Shown: positions 1-8,123 of the stretch, in pieces | How the letters are laid out: every line of letters begins with the position of its first letter | Position numbering within the stretch: position 1 is the first letter of the stretch | Virus record (IMG/VR): IMGVR_UViG_3300032272_000001 | Span: 1-39,272 of that record | Direction: 5' to 3' (one strand) | Length of the DNA: 39,272 nt | DNA from: a virus | Taxonomy: Duplodnaviria > Heunggongvirae > Uroviricota > Caudoviricetes | Notes under the pieces: model-generated | What the model was told of the DNA's origin: nothing | Database searches by the model: none | What the model saw: the letters and a program-made list of their open reading frames with translations, nothing else | Made by a program: the position numbers and the translations under genes

Positions 1-2
1 TT

Positions 3-224
3 CCAAGCATTATTCACCTTGACAATACAGCAAGAGTGCAGGTAGTTGAGGAAAAATGCTCTTCTCCATTGCGGGCAGTTCTTGAAGAATTTTATGAACT
101 CACTGGTGTTCCTTTTCTAATAAATACGTCTCTTAATGAAAAACATAAGCCCATGCCACAATCAAACTTTCGTATGGAAGAAAAAGAAAAATTGGAGGTA
201 ATTGGTGAATTCAAAATCTACTAA
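3..224 (+). CDS. Carbamoyltransferase (NodU/CmcH family), C-terminal fragment, 5'-truncated by the window
   Basis: Frame is open from position 3: PSIIHLDNTARVQVV...FYELTGVPFLINTSLN, matching the HxDxTARxQ and TGxPxLxNTSxN motifs of the carbamoyltransferase C-terminal domain. Confidence 0.85.
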   Translation, partial: PSIIHLDNTARVQVVEEKCSSPLRAVLEEFYELTGVPFLINTSLNEKHKPMPQSNFRMEEKEKLEVIGEFKIY

Positions 225-1101
225 AAATGAGCTTGTTGTTGGTGGCTGTAGTATGGTTGCAGATTATGTTAAATACAAAAACGAAATTTCTAAAAATGGT
301 AAAATTCTCCAAAAATCTCTTTTGAATTATGACGAATATTGGGAATGGCCTGTATTTGAACCATGGCCTACTATAGATGTGATCATCGCAAAAAGATTTA
401 AACTAAGCCCAATAAATCTAGCTGTGGCTGGAATATCAAATGAACGTATATTCAAAATAGTTTTTGAATATGTAATCAAAAACTATGATAACATAGATAC
501 GGTTATTATATGCTGGAGTGAATTCAATAGAATTGATATACCAACATTCTATAAATTTAATGATAAATATTATAATACAATACATTCTACTAAGTATAAC
601 AAACATAATCCAAAGTTGGATAACGCAAATACAAATCCTCTTCTTTTGGATTTGTTCAATTCATTGTTCAAAATTGGTAGTATTTTTCCTGAAAAAGATA
701 TAGACGATTTTTATATATGGTCCAAAATTATGATTGATATCTGTAGACTTTATAATATTAAATTATTTCAATGCTCATCATTGGTAACTATATATAACGA
801 AAAAGAAAAAGCAAAAATATTTAACCATTTTATATCACATCCATATTATGACGAAATTTCAGAAAACTTTTATGGTTGGCCAATATGGGTTGAAATGCAT
901 GGGACTGCTTTATATAATGATTTTTCTTCTAATATGATAATCGATCCTCATGATATGCATCCCAATGAATTAAGCACTAAAATATCGGCAGAAAAATTGA
1001 TAACTTATATAAGCGATAAAACACATGAAAAAAATCAACCTAATCACAACCAATCAGACACCAACCAAAATGATTGTGTGGGATCTTGGTCGAAGATGTA
1101 A
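202..1101 (+). CDS. Hypothetical protein, SGNH/GDSL hydrolase-like
   Basis: N-terminal VVGGCS, central NLAVAGISN and C-terminal DMHPN resemble SGNH blocks I, II and V. Confidence 0.5.
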   Translation: MVNSKSTKNELVVGGCSMVADYVKYKNEISKNGKILQKSLLNYDEYWEWPVFEPWPTIDVIIAKRFKLSPINLAVAGISNERIFKIVFEYVIKNYDNIDTVIICWSEFNRIDIPTFYKFNDKYYNTIHSTKYNKHNPKLDNANTNPLLLDLFNSLFKIGSIFPEKDIDDFYIWSKIMIDICRLYNIKLFQCSSLVTIYNEKEKAKIFNHFISHPYYDEISENFYGWPIWVEMHGTALYNDFSSNMIIDPHDMHPNELSTKISAEKLITYISDKTHEKNQPNHNQSDTNQNDCVGSWSKM

Positions 1102-2221
1102 TTTCGATTGCTCTTACTGCACCGGCTGGATGCATTCAACAACAGCACCATTCAATAAACTAGAAAGATTCAAGAAAACTGCTAAATTTATTGATGAATA
1201 CTATTCAATCTATGAGCAGTATCATAAGACCGATTGGAGAGCGGTTATTTCATTCACTGGTGGTGAGCCTGCAATCAATCCTGATTTCTTTCCTTTAGTT
1301 GAACACCTTAAAAAGGAATATCCACATTTCTCGCTAAATCTAACTACTAATGGAACATGGTCTAAGAGACGAGGACAATTTCTATTAGATAATATGGATT
1401 CCATTACGGTATCATATCACTGTGAAGGCAATGAAAAACAGAGAAATCTTTGTAGAGACAATCTTGTTTGGATGAGAAGTCAAATTAAAAATCCACATAA
1501 ACTGAAGGTCAATGTGATGATGCATGTTGATCATTGGGATGATTGTATTGATCTAATTGAAACTGTTCTTAAGCCAAACAACATCAAATACATTCCAAGA
1601 ACCATTGGTGATGATGGTAGACATAGATACGAATGGTTCGAGGACATGGATGGTGAAATGAGAAGAACAAGTCATCAGTATAATGATGTACAGATGGACT
1701 ATATCAAGAATCATTGGCAGACCAAAAACAAACTCATAGGAGACTCTACAGCGCTTAAACCATCAAAGGATGGTGATGTACGCAAGATGGGTAGAATGTG
1801 TTGTGGTGGCCGCTCTATGTGTGTTTCTGATGGCAAAGAAACGAAAGACACGATGTTTATTGAACAATCCAATTTCAAAGGTTGGGGTTGTATGGTCAAC
1901 TGGTTCTTCCTGCATATCGAGGAAGATAAGGATGTTGCATACCACCATCAAACATGTATGGCCAAAACAACAGACACACCAAAAGTTGAAATTGGTCCTT
2001 TATTGAGTCATGTGAATAGTTTTAGTGATTCGAGAGGACCAATATGCAATCTTTCAAAATCAGATGATTATATTACATGGCTAGAAGAAAAGGTTAGAAA
2101 AGAAGGCAAACCGCCAACAATGATTTGTCCTAATGATCATTGTGGTTGTGGGGTGTGCGTCCCAAAAGCAGAAAGTAAAGATAAATTTAAAGAAATAGTT
2201 AGTAAACATATTTACACATAA
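1025..2221 (+). CDS. Radical SAM protein with Cys-rich C-terminus
   Basis: CNFDCSYC (CxxxCxxC), FTGGEP, LTTNG and VSYH motifs; extra Cys clusters CCGGRSMC and CPNDHCGCGVC. Confidence 0.92.
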   Translation: MKKINLITTNQTPTKMIVWDLGRRCNFDCSYCTGWMHSTTAPFNKLERFKKTAKFIDEYYSIYEQYHKTDWRAVISFTGGEPAINPDFFPLVEHLKKEYPHFSLNLTTNGTWSKRRGQFLLDNMDSITVSYHCEGNEKQRNLCRDNLVWMRSQIKNPHKLKVNVMMHVDHWDDCIDLIETVLKPNNIKYIPRTIGDDGRHRYEWFEDMDGEMRRTSHQYNDVQMDYIKNHWQTKNKLIGDSTALKPSKDGDVRKMGRMCCGGRSMCVSDGKETKDTMFIEQSNFKGWGCMVNWFFLHIEEDKDVAYHHQTCMAKTTDTPKVEIGPLLSHVNSFSDSRGPICNLSKSDDYITWLEEKVRKEGKPPTMICPNDHCGCGVCVPKAESKDKFKEIVSKHIYT

Positions 2222-2654
2222 CATTATTATGATATGTAGATGATCCATCAGGATTTTTATTGAATACACCAGACGTTATGGAGAAACCAGCATTTTGATA
2301 TGCTTTCTGTGCTGTTACTCTTGGTTTGGACCAAATAAATTCATAACCACCATCAGAATTTATTTCTATTGCACTTCTGAGTAATGTTTCAGCAATACCA
2401 TTTTTACGGTATTCAGGAAGAACATATAATCCTCTGGATCTACATTCATTACTATTAGTATGGTAGAATGAATTGACTCCAACGATTTTATCATTTTCTA
2501 TGAAACCATAAAAGGTTGGTATGGAAAATTTGATACTTTCATCGTATACACCATCATATGTATATGGATTTATCTGATTGTGTTCATAATTTCCCCACAT
2601 ATCAGATCGTTGCCAAAATCTCAATATTTCTTTATATTCAATATCAACTATCAT
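2199..2654 (-). CDS. GNAT-family acetyltransferase
   Basis: GLYVLPEYRKNGIAETLL (acetyl-CoA-binding motif A) and AQKAYQNAGF (motif B). Confidence 0.88.
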   Translation of the reverse strand: MIVDIEYKEILRFWQRSDMWGNYEHNQINPYTYDGVYDESIKFSIPTFYGFIENDKIVGVNSFYHTNSNECRSRGLYVLPEYRKNGIAETLLRSAIEINSDGGYEFIWSKPRVTAQKAYQNAGFSITSGVFNKNPDGSSTYHNNVMCKYVY

Positions 2655-3129
2655 TAATACACAGAACTAAATGATATCTTTTTTCTTCTCCACCATTGAA
2701 AGCAGTATGATAATCAAAAGCATTGGTCATCCACCATTCACCTTTTGGTAGATGTTTACTTTCATTGTTTATGACCATATGACAGCCAAAATTTGTTTGA
2801 AGTGGAAGATGTAGTCTTCTATTACCATCCTGATGCCAGGAAAGACATCTACGAGGATCAAGACACATAATACGTGCTCTGCCAACATTATAGTATTCAG
2901 AAACTTCATCCAATACATATTGAAACACGGTTCCTTTGAATCTTTCGCATAATTCAGTGAATTCTGATTCTGTTCGTCCTGTTCCTTTCAGAACACCATT
3001 ACCATATAAGATATCATCAGGATATTTCGGTGAGGTTTTGATATTGAATGTATCGTGTGGAATGGATTGATATACATCAAATATTTCTGATGGAACAATA
3101 AAATCTAATTTTTCAAAGTTTGTTTTCAT
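2644..3129 (-). CDS. Aspartyl/asparaginyl beta-hydroxylase-like 2OG-Fe(II) oxygenase
   Basis: RARIMxL...LSWHQD (HxD)...RLHLPLQTN...HTAFNGGEEKRYHLV supplies the distal His and the 2OG-binding Arg. Confidence 0.8.
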   Translation of the reverse strand: MKTNFEKLDFIVPSEIFDVYQSIPHDTFNIKTSPKYPDDILYGNGVLKGTGRTESEFTELCERFKGTVFQYVLDEVSEYYNVGRARIMCLDPRRCLSWHQDGNRRLHLPLQTNFGCHMVINNESKHLPKGEWWMTNAFDYHTAFNGGEEKRYHLVLCINDS

Positions 3130-3138
3130 TTCATGTGC

Positions 3139-3747
3139 CTATTTGTTTTTAGTGAAATATTTTTGTTTTTTGTTATTTGTTTCATATTCAGTAATAAACG
3201 GTTTCATCACTGATATCCAAGCATCGATAGCAATTTTCGGCGTATGTTCAATATTCGTATCATTTGGAGAAACCCAATCATAATCATCAAATATAATAAT
3301 TCCTCCAGAACGCAAACAATCAAATGATAATACTGCATCTCTTAATACATCATTTGATTTATGCGAACCATCTATATATATCAGATCATAATCATCAACA
3401 ACATTTCTGAAATATTTTTTTGAAGACATTCTATGATATTCCAGGTTTACAGGATATTCTAGGTCTTTCTGCGCTAAATCTGTATTGTATTTGAATCTTT
3501 CAAATATTTTCGTTCTACTTTGAATATAAACACCATCATCTCTAAAGAAATCAAAATCTACAATTTCATCACAATCCCATATATCAACACAGTCTAAATG
3601 CTCAATGCCGTTTTCAATCATAAAAACAGCAGATTGTCCTTCAAATGAACCTATTTCAAGCGCATTTTTTGGTTGAAATTCATCAAATATTTGCTGCCAA
3701 TATAATTTTGAATCAAGAAACCAAAATTTAGTGAAGTCATACATCAT
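3139..3747 (-). CDS. Class I SAM-dependent methyltransferase (Methyltransf_24-like)
   Basis: ALEIGSFEGQS motif I; YDLIYIDGSH; LRSGGIIIFDDY. Confidence 0.88.
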   Translation of the reverse strand: MMYDFTKFWFLDSKLYWQQIFDEFQPKNALEIGSFEGQSAVFMIENGIEHLDCVDIWDCDEIVDFDFFRDDGVYIQSRTKIFERFKYNTDLAQKDLEYPVNLEYHRMSSKKYFRNVVDDYDLIYIDGSHKSNDVLRDAVLSFDCLRSGGIIIFDDYDWVSPNDTNIEHTPKIAIDAWISVMKPFITEYETNNKKQKYFTKNK

Positions 3748-3766
3748 TTCGCAAAAACCTTTTTGT

Positions 3767-3774
3767 TATAAATA
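3767..3774 (+). promoter_or_regulatory. T4-type late promoter TATAAATA upstream of the holin-like genes
   Basis: Exact consensus, intergenic, 37 nt before ATG 3812. Confidence 0.7.
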
Positions 3775-3792
3775 TATATTGATAATATATAA

Positions 3793-3800
3793 TATTTATG
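3793..3800 (-). promoter_or_regulatory. Late promoter variant CATAAATA driving the methyltransferase-hydroxylase-GNAT operon
   Basis: Plus strand reads tatttatg; about 45 nt upstream of the minus-strand start at 3747; GATAAATA variants precede gp18 and gp23. Confidence 0.45.
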
Positions 3801-3811
3801 GATGGGTTGAT

Positions 3812-4105
3812 ATGGATAATGATAATTACGAAAAATGGTTTAGAGGCGGTTGGAGACCAGCTGTAGCATGGTTATATTTCTTCTGTGTTCTGTTTGATTT
3901 CATTCTGGCACCAATAGGATATTCTGGAGCACAAGTATTTGCTGGAGTTGCTATAGAACAATGGGAGCCAATCACATTAAAAGGTGGTGGTTTATTCCAT
4001 ATATCAATGTTAACAATCGTTGGTGTCACTGCATATGGCAGAACAAAAGAAAAACTCAAAAAAATATCAGGTAATATTACTTTGCCTGAAGTAACAGGAG
4101 ATTAA
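3812..4105 (+). CDS. Holin-like membrane protein (GTA 3TM holin-like); likely start at ATG 3812
   Basis: GWRPAVAWLY motif, hydrophobic helices, C-terminal GVTAYGRTKEK; the ORF-track extension from 3731 runs through the promoter. Confidence 0.65.
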   Translation: MDNDNYEKWFRGGWRPAVAWLYFFCVLFDFILAPIGYSGAQVFAGVAIEQWEPITLKGGGLFHISMLTIVGVTAYGRTKEKLKKISGNITLPEVTGD

Positions 4106-4107
4106 TT

Positions 4108-4584
4108 ATGCTCACACTACTTGCTGGTGCATTGCCAGCCGTATTAGGTCTTTTAGCATCAGCAATACCGCAATTGGTCGGATGGCTGGAAAAGGGGCAA
4201 CAGTTTAAACATGAAATCGAACTCACGAAACTTCGAATGGAAGCAATGGCTCAAGGACTTGATGGCCAAATTTTTCTTGAAACTGTTAAAGCCTCTGCGG
4301 AAGAGGGGAAATCTGTACGAGAGCATGATCTTAATATTCCTAGTAATAAGTATATTGACATCTTACGCGCTTCTGTCAGACCTCTTATAACATATAGTTT
4401 TTTCATTGCATTTGTTGGATTGAAAATCACATTAGCAGTTATTATGCTTTGGCAAGGTACAGATCCAGCAGAAATACTTAATGTTGTATGGGATAATTAC
4501 ACAAATGCAATCTTTGGTTGTATTGTTGGTTTTTGGTTTGGTTCTAGATCCATGTTGCATATGGCTGGTAAAGTCAAAGCATAA
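4108..4584 (+). CDS. Second holin-like membrane protein (3TM holin-like)
   Basis: N-terminal hydrophobic helix, coiled segment, RASVRPLITY, then transmembrane segments ending in IVGFWFGSRS. Confidence 0.65.
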   Translation: MLTLLAGALPAVLGLLASAIPQLVGWLEKGQQFKHEIELTKLRMEAMAQGLDGQIFLETVKASAEEGKSVREHDLNIPSNKYIDILRASVRPLITYSFFIAFVGLKITLAVIMLWQGTDPAEILNVVWDNYTNAIFGCIVGFWFGSRSMLHMAGKVKA

Positions 4585-4630
4585 ATATTTTTTAATATGA
4601 ACATCATATAAAAATTAGAAGGGAAATAAA

Positions 4631-4786
4631 ATGCTATATGGTTTTCTTGGAATGGTTCTTGGCCTGTATCTAGCGTGGTATATATACCCAGAACCACCAG
4701 CTTGGGTAACTAGACTTAAAGATAGAATTGGTGAAAAACTCAAGAAAGATGACGTTGTTGATGAAAAAGAAGACAACAAAGAATAG
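4631..4786 (+). CDS. Small single-TM protein, 51 aa (below the ORF-track cutoff)
   Basis: MLYGFLGMVLGLYLAWYIYPEPPAWVTRLKDRIGEKLKKDDVVDEKEDNKE*; upstream SD-like GAAGGG and CATAAATA at 4580; ends just before a terminator. Confidence 0.7.
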   Translation: MLYGFLGMVLGLYLAWYIYPEPPAWVTRLKDRIGEKLKKDDVVDEKEDNKE

Positions 4787-4791
4787 TGATT

Positions 4792-4818
4792 AAGGGGCGA
4801 TTAATCGCCCCTTTTTTT
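4792..4818 (+). terminator. Intrinsic terminator between convergent genes
   Basis: Perfect 22-bp palindrome aaggggcgattaatcgcccctt running into a T tract. Confidence 0.8.
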
Positions 4819-5298
4819 ATGCATCATTAAAATTTCTATACAATCATCAATATTATCATTTAGGTGTTCTATTTTTCTCTCAAGTTCTAAAATTTTTTCA
4901 TCTCTATCATCTATTATACTTTCAAACCAATCACGCGGTAAGGATGATCTATTACCATTCGCAATTAGCTGACGATAATAATCCCAAGATTGCATGACTT
5001 TTTCGCGAGATGATACATCGTAAGTAGAATTCAATAGTTTTTTCAATTTGATATTTTTTTCATGAGAACTATTTACGGTTTTTACTATTAAAGCAGCATC
5101 TTCTGGTTCTGTAATATCATTACCAAAGAAAAAATTCCCATCATTATCACAAAATTGAAATATCCAACAACCATTATTATTAACTAATTTCCAAGATAAC
5201 GGATATTTGATCACAATATCTGGTTCATGCATACATTCATGCATACGTTTTTCTAGATTTTCTTTTTGTTGTTCTACATTTATCATAATTAACCCCAA
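4801..5298 (-). CDS. Hypothetical protein
   Basis: 165-aa ORF in a tightly packed minus-strand cassette; C-terminal coiled coil. Confidence 0.65.
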   Translation of the reverse strand: MGLIMINVEQQKENLEKRMHECMHEPDIVIKYPLSWKLVNNNGCWIFQFCDNDGNFFFGNDITEPEDAALIVKTVNSSHEKNIKLKKLLNSTYDVSSREKVMQSWDYYRQLIANGNRSSLPRDWFESIIDDRDEKILELERKIEHLNDNIDDCIEILMMHKKRGD

Positions 5299-5612
5299 AG
5301 ACTACACAGATACCATTGTGGAGTACCTGTAATACCATGTTTCTCACACCAAGCAATCAATTTATCTATTTTTTCTTGTGGAACCTTAAAAGAATCCACA
5401 TCAATTCCTTTAGGATAACCCCGCCATGCAACAGTTTTTGTTTCTGGAACTGATATAATATACATAGGATATTCAAGAGCACAATGAATAGTCATACAAG
5501 CATCTTCTGTTTCATTGTTCATTTCATACCCATCATCTGATAGATGAGAAATGTCAGTACCCTCATCTATCATAATCCCAAATGTTAGAATTGCGTCTGT
5601 AGACACACCCAT
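5289..5612 (-). CDS. Hypothetical protein
   Basis: 107-aa ORF with a strong AAGGAG SD. Confidence 0.75.
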   Translation of the reverse strand: MGVSTDAILTFGIMIDEGTDISHLSDDGYEMNNETEDACMTIHCALEYPMYIISVPETKTVAWRGYPKGIDVDSFKVPQEKIDKLIAWCEKHGITGTPQWYLCSLWG

Positions 5613-5642
5613 TTTATAACTCCTTTTAATTAGAATACATCA

Positions 5643-5975
5643 TTAAAAACTTAGTTTTAATTTCGAAGTCCAACCTTCTTCTTTATGATTTTTCTTTTTT
5701 TCACCAAATTTTGCAGTGAATTGTAGTTTAGGTTCTCGAAACATTGGTGTTCTCCAACATTCGACAATATCAGCAGTTTCTCCAATTGTCAACTTACTCT
5801 TACGAGCTTTACAATTATGCTGCATTTTATTCAGCCAAACTTGCTTCGCAGTTAATGGTTTTGGCGAAGGCGTAAAAACATAACCTATACCCATTATTAC
5901 TCCATAAATAACACAACCAATAGCAAACACTACTGCCAGAAATTGTTCAGAATCATTATCCATAATAATCTCCAT
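5643..5975 (-). CDS. Hypothetical membrane-anchored protein
   Basis: N-terminal TM helix FLAVVFAIGCVIYGVIMGIGYVF; GGAG SD before the second Met. Confidence 0.7.
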   Translation of the reverse strand: MEIIMDNDSEQFLAVVFAIGCVIYGVIMGIGYVFTPSPKPLTAKQVWLNKMQHNCKARKSKLTIGETADIVECWRTPMFREPKLQFTAKFGEKKKNHKEEGWTSKLKLSF

Positions 5976-6002
5976 AATATAAAAGTTGATATGATATTAA
6001 TT

Positions 6003-6206
6003 TTATAAACCCCATGATTTATATTCAACGCAATCTTCTGGAGACACCTTTATTTTTCCTGTTCCTTCACAAGAACTACATTTTGGCGATCCATTATTAT
6101 CATATCTTCCATTTCCATTACAAGCAATACATTTAATATTCTTCCATCCTTTAACATACTTATTGTAATATTTTTTTCGTTCTTCTTTTCTTTCAAGATA
6201 AGTCAT
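6003..6206 (-). CDS. Small DnaJ-type zinc-finger protein
   Basis: CIACNGNG and CSSCEGTG (two CxxCxGxG repeats). Confidence 0.7.
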   Translation of the reverse strand: MTYLERKEERKKYYNKYVKGWKNIKCIACNGNGRYDNNGSPKCSSCEGTGKIKVSPEDCVEYKSWGL

Positions 6207-6228
6207 TATATCACCATTTGTTATAGTA

Positions 6229-6304
6229 ACCCCACTATATTAGCTAAATATAGCGCCCTGTACTCAGGACTGAATGGTGCGCATCTTGGAGAGGCGTTCG
6301 GGGT
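6229..6304 (-). ncRNA. Candidate structured RNA / 5' leader with a four-way junction
   Basis: GC-rich island directly downstream of a sigma70 promoter; closing stem ACCCC/GGGGU plus three internal hairpins, folded by eye. Confidence 0.5.
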
Positions 6305-6315
6305 ATTGTTGATAT

Positions 6316-6344
6316 ATTATACACACAAAAAATCAAATTGTAAA
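6316..6344 (-). promoter_or_regulatory. Sigma70-type early promoter
   Basis: Minus strand TTTACA-N17-TATAAT, with the spacer ending GTGTG (extended -10-like). Confidence 0.75.
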
Positions 6345-6348
6345 GTAG

Positions 6349-6356
6349 TATAAATA
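6349..6356 (+). promoter_or_regulatory. Late promoter TATAAATA for the gp13 operon
   Basis: Exact consensus 26 nt before the gp13 ATG; SD GAGGTG. Confidence 0.8.
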
Positions 6357-6382
6357 CATAAAATACAATAGTGAGGTGAGAA

Positions 6383-7360
6383 ATGGCAGAGCCCAACAGT
6401 CGTCAAGAATTAATAGACACATGTAAAAGAAGACTCGGTGAACCACTAATAAAAATAAACATGACAGAAGAACAGGCTGATGATCGTGTAGACCAAGCAT
6501 TGAAGTATTACTACGAATTCCACTTCAATGGTGCTGAAAGAACTTACTACAAGCATGTAGTTACTGCAAATAACAAATCAGATGCTATATATGACTGTAC
6601 TGTTGTTGCTGGTGGTACTGGATACTCCAATTCTGATGTGATCACTTTCACACCAGATGTTCAAGGTAGTGGTGCAGAAGCAACTATAACCACTGATGCT
6701 AATGGTACTATATTGACATGTATTCTTGATGATAATGGTGATGGCTATGGAACACCACCAACTGTTGGTATAACGACTAGTGGTGGTTCTGGTGCCAGCA
6801 TTACGTGCGAATTGGGTGGCTTCATTCCAATGCCAGAAAATATCATTGGTGCTGTTAAAATATTTCCAATCGGAAATTCTGAAAGTTCGACAAACAACAT
6901 ATTCTCCATCAAATACCAAATTGCATTAAATGATTTATATACACTTACTGCGAACTCGATCGTTCCGTTTTTCTCTGCTTTCCAACATATTAGATTATTA
7001 GAAGAAATTTTGATTGGTAGAATGCCTATTAGATATAATAGACATAAAAATAGAGCATATATTGATATGGATTGGGATAAAACTGTTCTTGGTACTTATA
7101 TCATTATCGAAGCATTTGAAATTGTTGATCCAGATGTATGGACAGATGCATGGAAAGATCACTGGTTACTTAGATATGTAACAGCATTGTTTAAATTACA
7201 ATGGGGTAATAATCTAAAATTATACACTGGTACGATGCTTCCTGGCAATATTCAATTGAATGGTCAAACCATATATGATGAAGCAATGTTAGAAATACAA
7301 CAGCTAGAAGATGAAATGATTCTGTCATATTCAATTCCAGATTCTTTCATAATAGGATAG
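6383..7360 (+). CDS. gp13: Neck protein gp13 with a beta-rich insertion
   Basis: RRLGEPLIKIN, EFHFNG, WLLRYVTALFKLQWGNNL and LPGNIQLNGQTIYDEA motifs; first gene of the T4-like neck operon. Confidence 0.92.
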   Translation: MAEPNSRQELIDTCKRRLGEPLIKINMTEEQADDRVDQALKYYYEFHFNGAERTYYKHVVTANNKSDAIYDCTVVAGGTGYSNSDVITFTPDVQGSGAEATITTDANGTILTCILDDNGDGYGTPPTVGITTSGGSGASITCELGGFIPMPENIIGAVKIFPIGNSESSTNNIFSIKYQIALNDLYTLTANSIVPFFSAFQHIRLLEEILIGRMPIRYNRHKNRAYIDMDWDKTVLGTYIIIEAFEIVDPDVWTDAWKDHWLLRYVTALFKLQWGNNLKLYTGTMLPGNIQLNGQTIYDEAMLEIQQLEDEMILSYSIPDSFIIG

Positions 7361-7367
7361 AAAACAC

Positions 7368-8123
7368 ATGGTTCGTAAAACAACTAATCCACATTTTCAA
7401 TTATATGAACCAACACCATGGCAAAGTGTTCATGACGAATTGGTTGCGCAATCAATAGAAATCCATGGTGTCGATATGTATTATTTGCCAAGAAGAAGAT
7501 CAGAGGCATTTGATGAAATATATTATGAAGACGCACAATCTTCATTTGATACTGCATATCAAATACCAATATACATAAAATCCTCTGAAAATTATCTTGG
7601 TGGTGACGCTATCATGTCTCAATTCGGTATTGAGGTTAGATTGCAATTAATACTCACGGTTGCAAAAATACATTTCAATAATAACATTGTGGAAAATGAA
7701 GAAGATATTTATCGACCTCGTGAAGGCGATCTTATTCATATACCAGTGTTTGACCACAACACATATGAAATAAAATATGTTGATGATCACCCAAATTTCC
7801 ATCAACATGGTCATCAGCCAATGTATGATCTAACAGTCGAAGTTTGGGAATATGGTAATGAAGATTTGGATACAGGTATTCCTGAAATTGATTGTCTTGC
7901 TGATAAAACATCAATCAATGCGTATGATTGGTCTATTCTCACAGAAGATGGTCTAACCCTTCTGGCAGAAAATGGTGATATTATCACTAGAGAAGAATTT
8001 AGAGAAGGTCAAGAAGATTTGGGTATTATAGATTCAAACGATGAAATAGAAACAGAAAGTGATGTGATAATCGATTTCTCAGAATCGAATCCATATGGCG
8101 AAAATGAGTGGGGAGCTAATTAA
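7368..8123 (+). CDS. gp14: Neck protein gp14
   Basis: GVDMYYLPR, SQFGIEV, RPREGDLI, DFSESNPYG; synteny. Confidence 0.92.
   Translation: MVRKTTNPHFQLYEPTPWQSVHDELVAQSIEIHGVDMYYLPRRRSEAFDEIYYEDAQSSFDTAYQIPIYIKSSENYLGGDAIMSQFGIEVRLQLILTVAKIHFNNNIVENEEDIYRPREGDLIHIPVFDHNTYEIKYVDDHPNFHQHGHQPMYDLTVEVWEYGNEDLDTGIPEIDCLADKTSINAYDWSILTEDGLTLLAENGDIITREEFREGQEDLGIIDSNDEIETESDVIIDFSESNPYGENEWGAN

Noticed and set aside
3731-3811. N-terminal extensions called by the ORF track (also 33794..33892)
   Set aside because: They run through promoter sequence; downstream ATGs are better starts
6229-6304. Canonical tRNA
   Set aside because: Similar size and cloverleaf-like, but no 7-bp acceptor stem or properly placed TTC T-loop on either strand; kept as an unknown structured RNA
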